A stretch of DNA of 64,000 nt, taken from contig MU053513.1 in assembly GCA_013239625.1 (NCBI GenBank), forward strand, positions 2,220,927-2,284,926, given 5' to 3'. Below the pieces are notes generated by a model. It made no database searches, was not told the DNA's origin, and saw only the letters and a program-made list of their open reading frames with translations. The translations under genes were made by a program, and so were the position numbers. This stretch comes from Lama guanicoe. Its lineage: Eukaryota. This document shows, piece after piece, positions 14,000-27,059 of this stretch. Numbering within the stretch: position 1 is the first letter of the stretch; each line of letters starts with the position of its first letter.

Positions 14000-14630
14000 T
14001 GTTTCTAGCTTTTTGGTTTTGATTTTTGCTAATAGAGGCAACATATAGTGAAAATTCTTGAATACTTTTTTTTCCCATACTTACACGAGCTAAATAAAAA
14101 GAAGTACATTTTTGAGCTTGATATATGTTGCAAATTACTCTCTTAGAAGGTATATATTAGTTTACATTCCCATGACTAGGTTATGAGTATTCATTCTCCA
14201 CACCATGCCAATAGTATCAATGGTCAGACTTTTGGATACTTAACCAGTTTTTTAAAAAATTATGATAGCAGTTGAGCATCTGTATGACTTTATTGTCCAT
14301 TTAAAATTAAAGAAATTTTTTTATTGAAGTGTAGTTGATTTACGTGTTAGTTTCTAGTGTAAAACATAGTGATTCAGTTATATATTCTTTTTTCAGATTT
14401 TTCATTATAGGTTATTACAAGATGTTGAATTTTTAATACTTTTTTTATGAAATGCTTGCTGTGATGCTCTGCCCATTTTTCAAAATTATCTTGTTCATCT
14501 TTTTCTTATTGAATTATAATTATTTCAAGTTTTTCATTTCTGTAGGATTTTATGGTTTGACTTAATGGAGTTTCACATTTTTATCTAGTCAAGAATTTTA
14601 GTCTTTTCCTTATTGGAGTCCAGGTTGAAG
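14000..14630 (-). mobile_element. Old L1 fragment with a nested short younger L1 3' end (~14315-14430)
   Basis: tttacattcccatgactagg, gttgagcatct; nested tttttttattgaagtgtagttgattt ... ataggttattacaagatgttgaat. Confidence 0.7.
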
Positions 14631-15452
14631 ACAGATTTTAATTAAAAAAACTTTGTAGTTCCTTTCTATGTGCAGGGGCAAGAATATTTGTGCTATTCTC
14701 AAAACTATCATTATAGTTTTGAGGCATGTGGTAGGAGGTGGGAGGGTGTTTAGTGGGTAGGTATGCTACCGGGCAGTCCCAATTTCTGTTTTCTTCCTTT
14801 GGAATGAATGCTTGAGAGGGCTAATTTTTGAGGCATGGCATTAGATTTTCCTAGTACCTTTGATATCTTTTTTAGAAATCAGTTTCTTTCTTCCTTTTTT
14901 TTTTTAAAGGGTAAGACTTGTTGAAATTGTTTATAGTTTTCTGTTCAGTTCAACAGCTTCTTTATACTACATTCTCTTATGTGCATATAGAAACTGTTTT
15001 CTATACTGTGTTTTAGTCTCTATCTTCCATTTTTCACAACTGAAATTAGGACTGGAGTGAAAGGAATATTGTGTAACCTAAGGCAGTTAATATTCTATTC
15101 TATGAAAAGATTATGGGCATTGTCTTTGGTTCCAAATCATTTAATCTTTTAAAAAGAGGAACATTATAGAATCACATAAATTGAGAGTAACTAAGTTAGT
15201 TCAGTGTTTGATTACCCAAAGATTTGTTTTCTCTTAAGCTGAATGGTTTTTTAAATTTAAGACCAGTTATGAAAGCCTTCGCTCTAGAGAGATTGGTTTT
15301 ATTGACAATTCTTTTTGTGTTTTGCTGTTTCTAGGCCTGAATAATGATATACTTTTTTTTAAGCATCTCTATATCCTACTTACAGAGAAATACTTCTATA
15401 ACTCAAGTTTATTTTTATTTCTAAAAATAATGTATTTGTTTTAATACTTTAG

Positions 15453-15544
15453 GTGTGTACATCCCGATTCTGGTTTAATTATCGACATGTTGCAAATACT
15501 CTTTCTGTTTATAGAAGTGTCAAGAGGCTAGGTATTCCTGACAG
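15453..15544 (+). CDS. PIGK: PIGK coding exon 3
   Basis: tttag|GTG..., [30 protein letters not shown] plus AG, donor CAG|gtaaga. Confidence 0.97.
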
Positions 15545-15819
15545 GTAAGAATTCTTGATAAAGCTTAACTCTGAACCTCAGTGAAAACCACCCTTAGATA
15601 ATTGTTATTATATTTGTGTTTTTGTGTCACTTCTGAAAAACATGAAGAAACCTAATTTGAAGTTACTGTGTTGTTGTTAAAGCATACCATCATGTACAGA
15701 GTAGCTCTTACTAAAGACCATAATGGCAAATTATATAAAACAACAGTCAATACTAAGGTAAAAAGATTTGATAAAAATAGAGTATAATTGTTGTGTCATT
15801 TATTTAATTATTAAATGCC

Positions 15820-16340
15820 TCAGTCTGGGTTTTTAATTGTAAGCAACAGAAGGCAATTCTAACTGATTCAAATAGAAAAGATATTTACTGAAAACGTATC
15901 TATTAGTTTACCAAAGTGCTGGAAAGGCTGAATCCTTAAAGAGTCAGGAACAAGGAAGACGAGGTGGAAAATTCACATCTAAACTTCATGGCATGAAACC
16001 AGCCTAGTGACAGTAATGCAGCCTCGAATTGCTCAAGCCTGGACTCAGCTACTGCATAGCTGCTACCATGGCCTTTGGACACTTAATGTTGCTACTGCTG
16101 CCTGCTGCCAAAATCTGACCTTTGCTGTCCCACCTTCTTACTGTCTCTAGCTCTTAATTTAGAGTCCTTGGTGGGAATGTATTGTTGATGGCGCATAGAT
16201 GAAGTGCCCATGTCTGTGCTGCAGGGGTGACAGGAAGAATGACTATATGGCATCAGTAACTTCTATGTAGGGAGAGGGGCTCTACCTTCTATGAGGACTC
16301 AGAAAGTGGTGTATTTCCTAATCATACGAGGGGATTCAGG
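15820..16340 (-). mobile_element. Old MLT1-type MaLR LTR
   Basis: ttgtaagcaacagaaggcaattctaactga ... gatatttactgaaa, typical of a reverse MLT1 end. Confidence 0.6.
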
Positions 16341-16864
16341 TACTCAGTGGAACTCCTGCACCCACCTAATAATTCCTGATAAGAATAAACTTCATGAGCC
16401 AGAGAGTCTGGCACTTGCAAGTCCTCAGAAGAACCACATTCAAGGGAAATAGCAGGCTTTCAATCTTCAGAAAGAAACAGCTTTGAATCTGAGCTTGAGA
16501 CTGAAAGAAGAGATGAAAAACATGAGTTGGATGAGAAAGAACTAGCTTCTTGTAGCTGGGGTTTCTTTCATAGGCATCCGTCTCAGAATGTATTTCATAC
16601 AGAAGCCTGCAAAACAATCTGTAAAATCTCAGTCTGGAGGCAAACAAAAGAGTTTGAATAATGAAGTAAAATAAGTATTTGGAATTACTAAAAAATAAAA
16701 ATTGAAAAAACATGCATGTCTTCCACATTTGGTTTGTTAGATATGATAGATGTATTTTTGCTACTTTCAAAGCAGTTCGAGAAGAAACTGTGGTCAGTTC
16801 AGTTATTTAGGTTTGATTTATTTAGTCCTGTGTTTCTATCCACCTGTCAGGTAGTTTGGAAAAA

Positions 16865-17040
16865 ACTTAGCAGTCAGACAGATCTGAGTTTGAAATCTGG
16901 GTTTAGTGGTGAGTTTGATTCAATCACTTGGCCCTACTAAGCCTGTTTCCTCAGCTATTACATTGTGATAATAGTACCTTCTTTGCATAATTTAGGTCCT
17001 TGCAGTGAAAAGTGAGCAGAGATATGTATAAAGTGTTGCA
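16865..17040 (+). mobile_element. MIR SINE
   Basis: gtcagacagatctgagtttgaaatctgg ... aagcctgtttcctcagct ... ataatagtacct. Confidence 0.7.
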
Positions 17041-18369
17041 GGAGCAGAAAGGAAGCAGTGCGTGACTCAGGAAACAAAGTCATCTGACAGTCTGTGTCAG
17101 TAGTTCATTTTAGCATAAGAAGCTGTCAGCTCTAACCTGGGAACTATAATTGAATTCCTGTGTTTCATCTGAAAATTAAGATAACTTGGTAATACCATCT
17201 TTAAAAGTACATTAAATTAAGTCTGAGAGGATGATTTGTTATAGCAAGTGTAAGTATTCTTCTTGTAATTAGCCAATACTATTATCTGTCAGTTGGTTCT
17301 CCTCAGATAGGTGTATGTGGTTAGTCCTTCGGTCTTAAACTACTGTTGCTCCTCCTATGTGTTCCTCCAGGGAATGAAGTGCGTGGTTTGGCAGTAGGTT
17401 TCACTATGGCAAGTGAATCTTTGTCTAGTCTATAAGCGTTAGGATATGTCTAAATGGCTTAAGATTTAGAGGGGCTTTTAAGAAACAGACTATAACTGTT
17501 AGGATGTGTTTTACATATTCTAATTAGTAGGTTTGTCCCTAGGTTTCTGAAGACTGCTCTTTAAAAGCTTATTCCTGTTTCAAATCCTTTCCCGTCTACC
17601 TCCCTGTGTATGAAGTCTTTGTTAGGAATTAACTGGGGATTTAAACAGTTGATGCTTTAAACCATTTGTTACTTAACAAACAGATCAATAGAAAAGATTC
17701 TATTCGGCTTTTAGCCTGTTATGGTAATACTGTTCTTGGTGGCTTGTCTCACTTTACTCCGACCTGGAATTAAGTGTAAAAATACAATTATAAGTAAACT
17801 TTTAGTCAGAAAGTAATAAACTATTATGAAATAACAGTTTGGAAACTTTAATCATTAAGAGCACTTTTCCATTTTAAAGCTTAAATTTCAAAATACAGTT
17901 TGAATTTATTTTAGACATTATGGAACATTTTCAAGTTAAAACAGTATTATCCTAACTTCTGACATACAACTTCTCAGGATGTGTATCCTGAGAAAAATGA
18001 TTGGTCATTGCATTTAATAAAAATTATGCATAAAGCTCCATTTTTTTTTTTTGTAGTTTATTTGCTTTTTTAAAGGAGCATTTAACCTCTGTCTTGCAAT
18101 GCAAAGTATTTGCATTTAGTTTTCCTGTATTCTTCAGTAGGAAACTAGTTCATGTCAGACATCATTTACTAAAATATAACAGATGATTGCCTTTTATTTT
18201 GGAAGTTCATATCAGTTTCTTAGATTCTGTTTGAAATGTCACATTAGTCATATCAGTACCCTTTTTCTGATTTCTCTCTGATTTTCTGTATGTATTTCAC
18301 ATACTCTGACCATACTGAGCTATTCTTTCTGCCTGGAGTGGTTGTCTATACTTCCAGCTCACTGCTAAC

Positions 18370-18530
18370 AAAACCTGGCTGTGATTCTGAATCACTCATG
18401 GTGCATGTTAAAAATATTGATTTCTTGGCTTCACCCCTGGAGATGCTAATTCACTAAATCTGAAGTGAGTCCTAGACATCAGCTCTCTCTATATATGGTT
18501 CTGGTGGACAATCAAGTTAGGAAGCACAGC
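18370..18530. mobile_element. MER5-like hAT-Charlie DNA transposon remnant
   Basis: gaatcactcatggtgcatgttaaaaata ... cacccctggagatgctaattca ... aagttaggaagcac. Confidence 0.6.
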
Positions 18531-18539
18531 TGTAACTTT

Positions 18540-18795
18540 TACCTGAGCTTCCAAATTCGCTTTACCCTAATACTTCAGAAAAGCATTCCCTGGCCCCCTT
18601 GTTTGCCTCTATCTTATCCTTTGTATGTACTTTGATTATAACATGAATATATTAATCATAGTATGTCTCCCTCATTAGATTATAAACTCCTTGAAGGGAA
18701 CAGGGATTATATTTTATTTCACTTTGTGCTTCTAGCATCTAGCACAGTGCTTGGCACATAGAGGTGCTCAGTAGGTACTGGATAAATAAACATGT
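18540..18795 (+). mobile_element. L2 3' end
   Basis: tagattataaactccttgaaggg ... tctagcacagtgcttggcacatagaggtgctcagta. Confidence 0.8.
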
Positions 18796-21700
18796 GACTT
18801 GGAAATACTTTAATCAGTTAGGTGAAGCAGACAAGTTTGTACTTTAAAAGTAAAAAAAGTCTGTCTTCTAAAGTGTATTAGTCTAGATTTTAGCAAATGT
18901 TAATCTGTTATAAAAGACTATTTGATACATGGGTTACCAGAATTTTATAGTACTGTACCGAAATATTGACTCAGAGAAGGGAATTTAATGGTGATGGGGG
19001 ACAATAAAAAGACATGCTCAGAAGATACTCAGCTTGACTGTTACCCTCCAGCTTAACTGTTATCGACCAAGTTCTGTGGAGGACGGGGGTCTCGTACTTT
19101 GTGCTCAGGCTTTCTGTAACCTTACCCATCCTCAGAGATTTTGTTTTCTCTTTGCTGGGTTTTAGCTTCTTGAAACATTTCATTATTTTTAGGAAATTTT
19201 GTGTCCTAGAATAATTGTTGGTCTAAATCCCTGTTTTGCTGGGGAAGAGAGAAGGCATTAAACGGGGGTTAGGTTCTAAAGACAGTATGTGAAGCAGAAA
19301 TTGGGCCAAAATTATTCTTGTAAATTTCTTAAAGAGCACATGAAGTACAGTATAGTTTTATCTTTTATGAAGTCAAACACAGCCAGTTTTAGAGCATTGC
19401 TAGAGCAAATTACGGTTTTCTTTTTCTTTGGTGGAGCATTTGATGAAGTGGTTTTGGATTAAGGGACATGTTATATGAAAAATCTGTCCATATCTTTAAC
19501 ACTAGCATGGAGGTGCTCATGCTGTAAAAGGGACATGGAAACTGAGACTGACAGGGAATGCAGAGTCATAGCTCCCGTCTCATCTCATGTTTACTTTGGG
19601 AATAAATACATTGAGTAAGAGGCTGGATGAGATCTGTCTCTCCTTTTATTTTTTTGGCTCAGAGCATACGAATTAAGTTTATGGAGTTAAATATGTATCT
19701 AAGTTTTCTTAAAATATAATTTAACTCTACTGCAAGTTGAGTGAATGTGAATTTTTGAAATGATCCCTGTCTGATAAACTGTTTATTTCCATAGCTAAAT
19801 CCAGCAGCTTTTCTGACTCTATTTTTCCCCTTGCTCTATATTTTAATTATTATTTGAGATTAGTATTCCTAATTTAAACCTTTATTCATCTGCTCTTTTT
19901 CATAAACTCTTAGTGTGTGCAAAATAATGTTCACATCCCTTATGCTGGAACTCAAGGCTTTTGCAGTCTGTCCAAGTCTGGTACTCTGATCATTTAATTT
20001 CAGTTCCTTATGCTCCAGCCAATTCCTTCTTGTAAGTCCCTGTATTGGCCTCTGTCATTGCCTTATACTGGTCCTTCCATCTATAATTCTTTCCTTCCTC
20101 TCTCCTTCTTGGTTTTCCTATGCCCAGATTCACTTCGTACATTCCCTTAAGCTTTCTTGGCCCTTCTTGTGTAAATATTTTATTTGTACTTCTATCATGG
20201 CACTTTTTCCTGTGTGTTGATCTTTCTTCATGGCTGGTTCTGATACTATGTTTGTAATCCTCGCAGTGCACTCTTTGGCATACTGTGCAGAGCTGAATGA
20301 ATGAATGAATTAGGAGTATGCTAAAGATCCTTAGTCAAGTGGAACCCAGTTGGTCCTGGCTAGAAAGGAAATATTTATGGCTATTGCTTTTTTGTAGTCT
20401 CGTTAGATCTTGTTTCTTAAACTGTACTGAGCTAAAAATGCTCAGTAGTAGATTTTATAAACTATTCCCTGACTTTTACTTTTGGGGTCTGTGGGGAGGG
20501 TGATCTCACCAGGGAACTTCAAATTCGTTTCTTTCCACCAGATAGAAGTCCATAGAGTTTTGCCTAAGACAAGTTAACTGCAGCTTTACTTATCCCTTGC
20601 CTTCCTACTATTTAAGTTCCCTTAGGATGCACTCTTTTTTTTTTTGTCCTTTGTCCCTTTTAACTTCTTTCTCAAGTAATAAATACTAGAATTAGAAATT
20701 TGAATTCTGGTAATATTTTTGTAAATTAAAAAAAATCACTGCCTGTTACCGTTGTTTTTAAAATCAGATTGGCAATATAACTTTTGACTGTTGTTCTTTA
20801 TGCTGCTGTGGATTAGATCTTATATGTAAGAGGGTATTGGGTAAGGTGGAGCATTAATAAGATATTTCAGGAATTTTCTTGTGTAATTTCTGATTAAAAT
20901 AATATGGAGAAGGTCATGGTTGTTACGATTCTTTGGAAATGCTTGTAGCTTTCTCTTCAGGAAGGTCGGCCAAAATGGACCCCTGTTTCTGGCTTCCTCC
21001 CCCACCCCCACTGCAACACACATGCACTGTCCACCATAATTCAGAGACTAGGGGTTTTATAATGAATTATTTATTCCTTGGGACCTTTATGATAGAGTCT
21101 CCCTGCCCCCAACCCCATTTTACATATTAAAAATGGTTACTCAGAATGGTTCAATGACTTGCTTAAGGTCTGTTAAAGGTACTGCTAAATAATAGAAGCA
21201 GAATTTGAATTCAGGCATTTTGACTTTATGGTTGGAATATTTCTATTATATCACAGCTCTCTCCTCCCTAAGAAATTACAACAGATAATATTTATGTAAC
21301 TTTTGCAATTCGAGAATTCTTTTAATATCATGATCTCTTTTTATTCTTATGGCAATTCTATAGAGGTTGGTATAATTATGCATACTGATCATTTAATACC
21401 TTATTTAATTAAAATATATATCTACATGTTGAATGTGGTGCTAGGGTGTTATGAAAATAGCTAATATTAATTGTATAATATAAGGAATGTCTATTTTCCA
21501 ATTTTCTTATTTTTCCATAGTGTTTATTACTGTCTAGGTCTTCATTATTTCACGCTTCATGTGCTTCATGCTTCTGTACTTGAGCAGCTTTCTAGCTGCT
21601 TATTCCCTGTCTCTAGTTTCTTCCCCCTCCAGCTCATCCTACACACAGCTGTTAGAATTCTCTTTCTCAGACACTGCTTTCATCTTTTCACTCCCACGAT

Positions 21701-22659
21701 TAAGAACCTGCAGTGACTCTGTTGTTCCTCTTAAAAAATCCGAAATTTTCAACCAGTCTTCAGTCTTTTCTGCTTTGTTAATCCCAACTTACTATGTTCA
21801 TTTGTTGATTTGTTCTGACATCTGCCACATGGTAGTTTTTTCACTCCCATTTCTATTTCTTTTCACCATTCATCCCACTTAGAACACTTAGAATATCCTC
21901 TGTGCTGTCCTTTCCTACCCATATATGTTTCTTTCCTTTGTGTCACTATGTGGAACCTTATAGAGTACTCTGTACAGGGAGTTCGCTGATTTTTTTTTAA
22001 ACCATTACAATTAATTTATGAAAGTTTCTTAATTATTAAATATATATAAAATTTTATTTTATTAGTAGTTTTATTTTCTAATTTTGCCTTATTTTTTATG
22101 AACAAAAGGACTGGAACCATAGTAAATGTGCTTTGTAAATAATTTGCAATATGTTATCATAGTTACTATCAAGATAGTACTAACTCATGCCTTTGAATGC
22201 TCTGCTTCTTGTCGTCTGTCATTTCCCAACAGTTTTTTTTCTCATATACTTTGTAAAAATGCAAATAATAGTGCTTGAATATAGAGACATGTATTCTGAG
22301 CCATCTGTCATTTTATTCTCATGTTGGCAGCTGACCTGTCTGCCTCTCCATGGGATGTTCTTAGTGAAGTACATAATATCTTGAATAGGTAAACATTTAG
22401 AATAGTTAAGAAGTAGAAATGTGCTCTAAGGAGAATAGTGACAATACTAAAAGGAGCATTTTGGCCACTGCTCTTATGTTTAGATAATAAGTAAGATCCA
22501 TTTGCAAGACTAAGAGGACCATGAAGAGAATTATGGAGCAAAGGGAAATTTCTTTATTGATTTGTAAATAGGAAGGTTTTGGGAAGTCAAAGAAGTGAGA
22601 GATGCTTATTCCCTCTGCTAACCCCAGAATATCTTCATTCCTGACACTATCTTCATATC

Positions 22660-23170
22660 TGGTAACCTGATTTTCTTGGCTTTTTTCTTCTTTGAATTGT
22701 CTTGGCTATTCTTGTGTCTTGTTCTTCCATATTAAGTCTGGAATCAGCTTGTCAATTTCTTAAAACCCTGTTGGGATTTTGATTTGCATTGCAGTGAGTT
22801 TTAGATTAATTTAGAGAGAATGGCATTCTTTATGATATTAAATCATTCCATTTATGAATAAGGTATATCTCTATTTAATTGTGTGTTTAATGGTTTTAAA
22901 CTAACTTTTATAATTTAGAAATTTTCTCCATAAACATTTTTGGTAGAATATTTACTTGTCTTATATTTTTTTGGTTGATACTATAAATGGTACCTTTTAA
23001 AAATATATTTTCTTACTTCTGTTGCACAGGCAGTTGGGTTTTATATATTGCTCTGGCAACTTGCTGAACTCTTATTAATTTTAATAATTTGACTATAAAT
23101 TCCCTTTTTTGGATATCCATAAAATCCACCACAGTGACAGCTGTCTTCCTTTCGGGTCTTTGTACCATAG
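22660..23170 (-). mobile_element. L1 ORF2 fragment
   Basis: gaatcagcttgtcaatttctt ... gttgggattttgatttgcattgca. Confidence 0.8.
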
Positions 23171-24364
23171 AAAGTTGTTTTTAATCTTCAGAAGCTTTTC
23201 ATATTTGACAATTTTCAGATAAAAGTTGTCTTTATATCCCTCAAAATTAGTAGTCCAGAGAAATCCTTTATTTTACATGTGAGAAAAATGTGTTCCTGAG
23301 AGGTAAAATGACGTTTAATGTCAACAGCTGTGTGGTGGCAGAACTAAGGCCCCCTTAGGGAACAACTGTACTGGGGCACCAATAAAAGGAGCCTGATGCA
23401 TTTGATGTCATATGACTTTGGGTAGGTTCCAGGCTGGACTGAGAAACAGGAAGGAAAAAAGACAGCTGGTATGGGCAGAATGCACACTAATTGAGTTTAT
23501 TTCTTCTCTTCCTTTCTTCCTCCTTTCTTTCTTCTTTTCTTCTTTCTCCTTCCCTTTTCCAGCCAAACATATATTGAGAGCGCATGGTGTTCAGAATACA
23601 CTTGCCAATTTTTGTAATTTCAACTGAAGTGAGAAGGGCAGAGGAGTAAACCATAACTTCTGTGAAAAATATAAATGCTTGGCTGGTGGCATTGGGAATG
23701 ACCTCAGAATAAGTCAGACTCAACATGACATTTCACCATGGAAAATGGTGATGATAATAAGAATTTCTAAGACATTTCCGAGGACTTCTAATGGAGATTT
23801 GATAGAAACAATGTTGTAATTCTCTGCCATGTTATATCTGACTCAGAGGTGTTAAAAGGATAAGTGAAATTACCATTTGTGAACATAATTTGATTTCTTT
23901 GGTGAAAAGATATTTCACAGGGTTTTATATTAATGGTTTCCAAGAATCTGACCTGAGCATGAGTGGGAGATTACTCAGTTCATTAAAATGTACTCTGACA
24001 TTAAATCCTTACACCCACCCATTAACTTATTCTTAATTATATCCATTGCAAAGGCTTCAAATCATGAAATTCAGATATATTATGTTAGAAAGCAAAACCC
24101 ATATTAATCAAAATTTAATTTACTTGAATTGTTAATTTTTCTCCACCGTACTATAGGCAAAGTGGAATCAAATAAGATCATATTAGGGAGCTTGTGTTAC
24201 AAATATATTTCAGGGTTTATTCTGGGCAAGTAAAAGCTACCTTAGTATCCTGTACTTCTTCTATCTATATTATATTTAATAAAAATAGATATTCAAATGT
24301 TAGCTTTAAATACTGGTAAAGATTGTTCTTGATAGATTATGCTTATTCAAGAAAGCAGTTTAGA

Positions 24365-26700
24365 TTTTTTTTTCATTATTTCTAAATAAGTGAATTAGCT
24401 CTCGCACTAGGCTTTTATAAGCTGGAGAACACTGGCAAATTATTTGTCCCACAGAACTGTAACCACGTATTATAAGACAGTATAAATATATGTTAAGCTA
24501 ACATTAATACACATCACTATTGATCAGTTACATAATAAACTGTCAGGTGTCCAAATACTGAGTTACACAAGCCAAAAGGCATAAACAATTAGATGTCTGT
24601 TCAGTTCACTAGCAGAAACCCCACTTTTTTTTTTTGCAAGGGAAGTTGGGAAGAGAAGAAAAAAAAAAAAACCACACTTCAGACAAAAATAATAGCTGGT
24701 AAACAACTTCCAGGAGGTATGGAAAAATAACAGGAATTTCAAAAATTTTATGATTAAGAATTTTTTAGCTACAATAGCAAAATACCTCTACCTTTAGAAA
24801 ATATTTACTAAATTAAAGGACATATTTTACATATTCTGCCAAAGATAAAGGCAGTATCTTACTAGAAATATTTAATAGCCCTCTCCCTTTCTTTTTAGGC
24901 TGTTTTGGTTAAGTTGTACACAAAAGTGCAAACATTAAGTTAATTGCAAAGCCTTTTTTGCTTGGAGATTAATTAGACTTCTACACAAAGTAGATTTTCA
25001 AGATGCAGGGTTTTCATAACAGCACAAAATGAGATTTATAGAAACATATTAAGTAACACCATCCAGCTTGGTAAAAAATTGAACGAAAGTCAATGGTCAT
25101 GCAAACCTGTTGTGTACTGGTATGAATGAGGGCAAACGTAAACATAAAGTGAACAAACAAATCACTGTTTGACGTGACTGAAGGAGTAAAACTCATAAGG
25201 TCTAAAGTGGTCATAAATCCTACGATTTTAGTTCTGTGTGTTACTAAAAAATATACAGGTGTTAACTGGATATTTTGGTACCTTGTCTTTCTAAATCTCT
25301 TACGTACTGAGAAGATTCTGGCATGGGAATAGATTTAAACTTGACTTATAACTCAGGATGGCGTGATTTTAGGAATTGAAACAAATGATAAGTAAATTTT
25401 AAATGCTGAACAGCAAGACTTTTGCTAAGTGTCAAAATAGGTTGACTGTAACCTAAACATAGAGGTTCTGCCAAACACATAACCTGGTAAAACTGCTATT
25501 CTGTACTCCTATAAAAGCTTCAGTAGACTTACTCACTGAGCCAACTTCTTGGCTAAAATGTGCAACAAATTAGGTCCTGTCTGAAGTTCTACTTCTAAGA
25601 CAGCATTAGGTACCTCAGTTTCATTGACCACTGGAGTCTTTGCAGCACTGATACATTTGAGAGTAATACTCCTCTAAATACAAAAGTTGCTTGGTGTTAA
25701 AAGCTCCATGCTGCTTTTGCTTTCTGATCTGTACTGCATTTTTGTGTTTCATTCCACCTTCTATTAACGCTAGGGCAGCAAGCTTTGGAGCTCTTCCAAG
25801 GCTTGCAACACAATGGACAGCAGTACAGTGACAGGGTTCTTCATAAAACTTGATTTTTCGAAGACTTTACTAGTCATCAACAATCTGGTTGAATGGCAGT
25901 GCACCTTCATCAAAAGGCCAGTCAAGAACATGGATGCCTTCTTTTTCCTTAAGAGCAATGTCATATATTGCTTCACATACTCTTACTATTATGGTAATCC
26001 ATACTTCTTAAGTTTCTGAATAACTTTGTTTAAGGTCCCTTTGGTTGAATTTTATATGATAAAAAATACCATGTTCTTGTGTGTGACTTCCATGGGAGTT
26101 AGACAGTTCATGCAAGACATGTTAATTTAGTAGACAAAAAAACAAACAAAAAACAAACTCATTAAGATTGTAAAAGGATTAAGTAAATTGAACACAGATA
26201 TGATGTAAAGAAACCTCAACACACTCCACTTGAAATTCTCTATGCCTTGAGTATGAAGTTGGGAATAATGGAGAATGAAATGAACCTCCTAACAAGAAGC
26301 AGCAAGTCTTCAGTCGTTTAATATTGATTAACACAGGAAGTGCGCTGAGGCTCGCCCTGTCTAGGTCAGAACTAGACAATGCTCTGTGGGTTTCAATTCA
26401 GCACTTCTGTGTCCATTTAACTGCTCTTAACACGGCTTCTTGGTGGAGTAGTAATGAATTTCTATAGCTCTTTTGTCCCTATAAAGGTCATACTGTGCTT
26501 GGCTGTAGTCTTCACTGTCCTTCAGAAACCCTGTGAATCTGTGATGATAGAAAGGAGTATGTTTACTCTTTGAAAACTGTGGCCTGATCTTACAGTGAGT
26601 ACCAAGGTGGTAGCAACACAGGCAGCTGTGGCTGTGGCTGTAGGTCATGGGGTCCATGGTGGTCGGTTGCAGGGTGGAGGTGTTGACAGGGGCAATGGGT
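24365..26700 (-). pseudogene. PTP4A1: Processed pseudogene of PTP4A1 (PRL-1 phosphatase), with 5'UTR, CDS remnant (26120 to 25621), 3'UTR and poly(A) remnant
   Basis: Intronless minus-strand translation: [40 protein letters not shown]/(fs)[122 protein letters not shown]. Stops at 26052-26054 and 25867-25872; 1-nt frameshift near 25997; T9 at 24365-24373. The N-terminal extension, EVT.KN, KIKF and IEGG favour PTP4A1 over PTP4A2. Confidence 0.95.
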
Positions 26701-27059
26701 AGGTATTAGGTTTTGGAAAAAAGTTGAAATCAGAACATTCCATTCCCCAAGCAGTCTTAGTTAGATTTTGTTGTAATTTGAAAAAGACTTTGGGACGATT
26801 TTTCAGTATCTTTTAAAAAGGTGAAAACAGTTTAAAATCTATAGCTTTAAAATTAAGTAATTGTTTATTTAAAACTTAAAAATATTTGTAATGAAGTTTA
26901 AAGCATAAATTTCACTGAGCCATGGGAAATGGAAATACTAAGATGAGATTCTTAGGAAAAGTGACATCCCCTTAATATTTGTCGATGTGAGTATAGAAAT
27001 TATTGAAAATTTTCTTTTGGCTCTGAAAGAGTGAAAGGCAACGTACTCCATTCTGCCAA

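Noticed and set aside
16366..16770. 134-aa minus-strand ORF
   Set aside because: Low-complexity F/L-rich translation of AT-rich intron with no recognisable domain or splice context.
25770..26019. Two 68-aa ORFs in the track
   Set aside because: Off-frame and antisense readings of the PTP4A1 pseudogene CDS.
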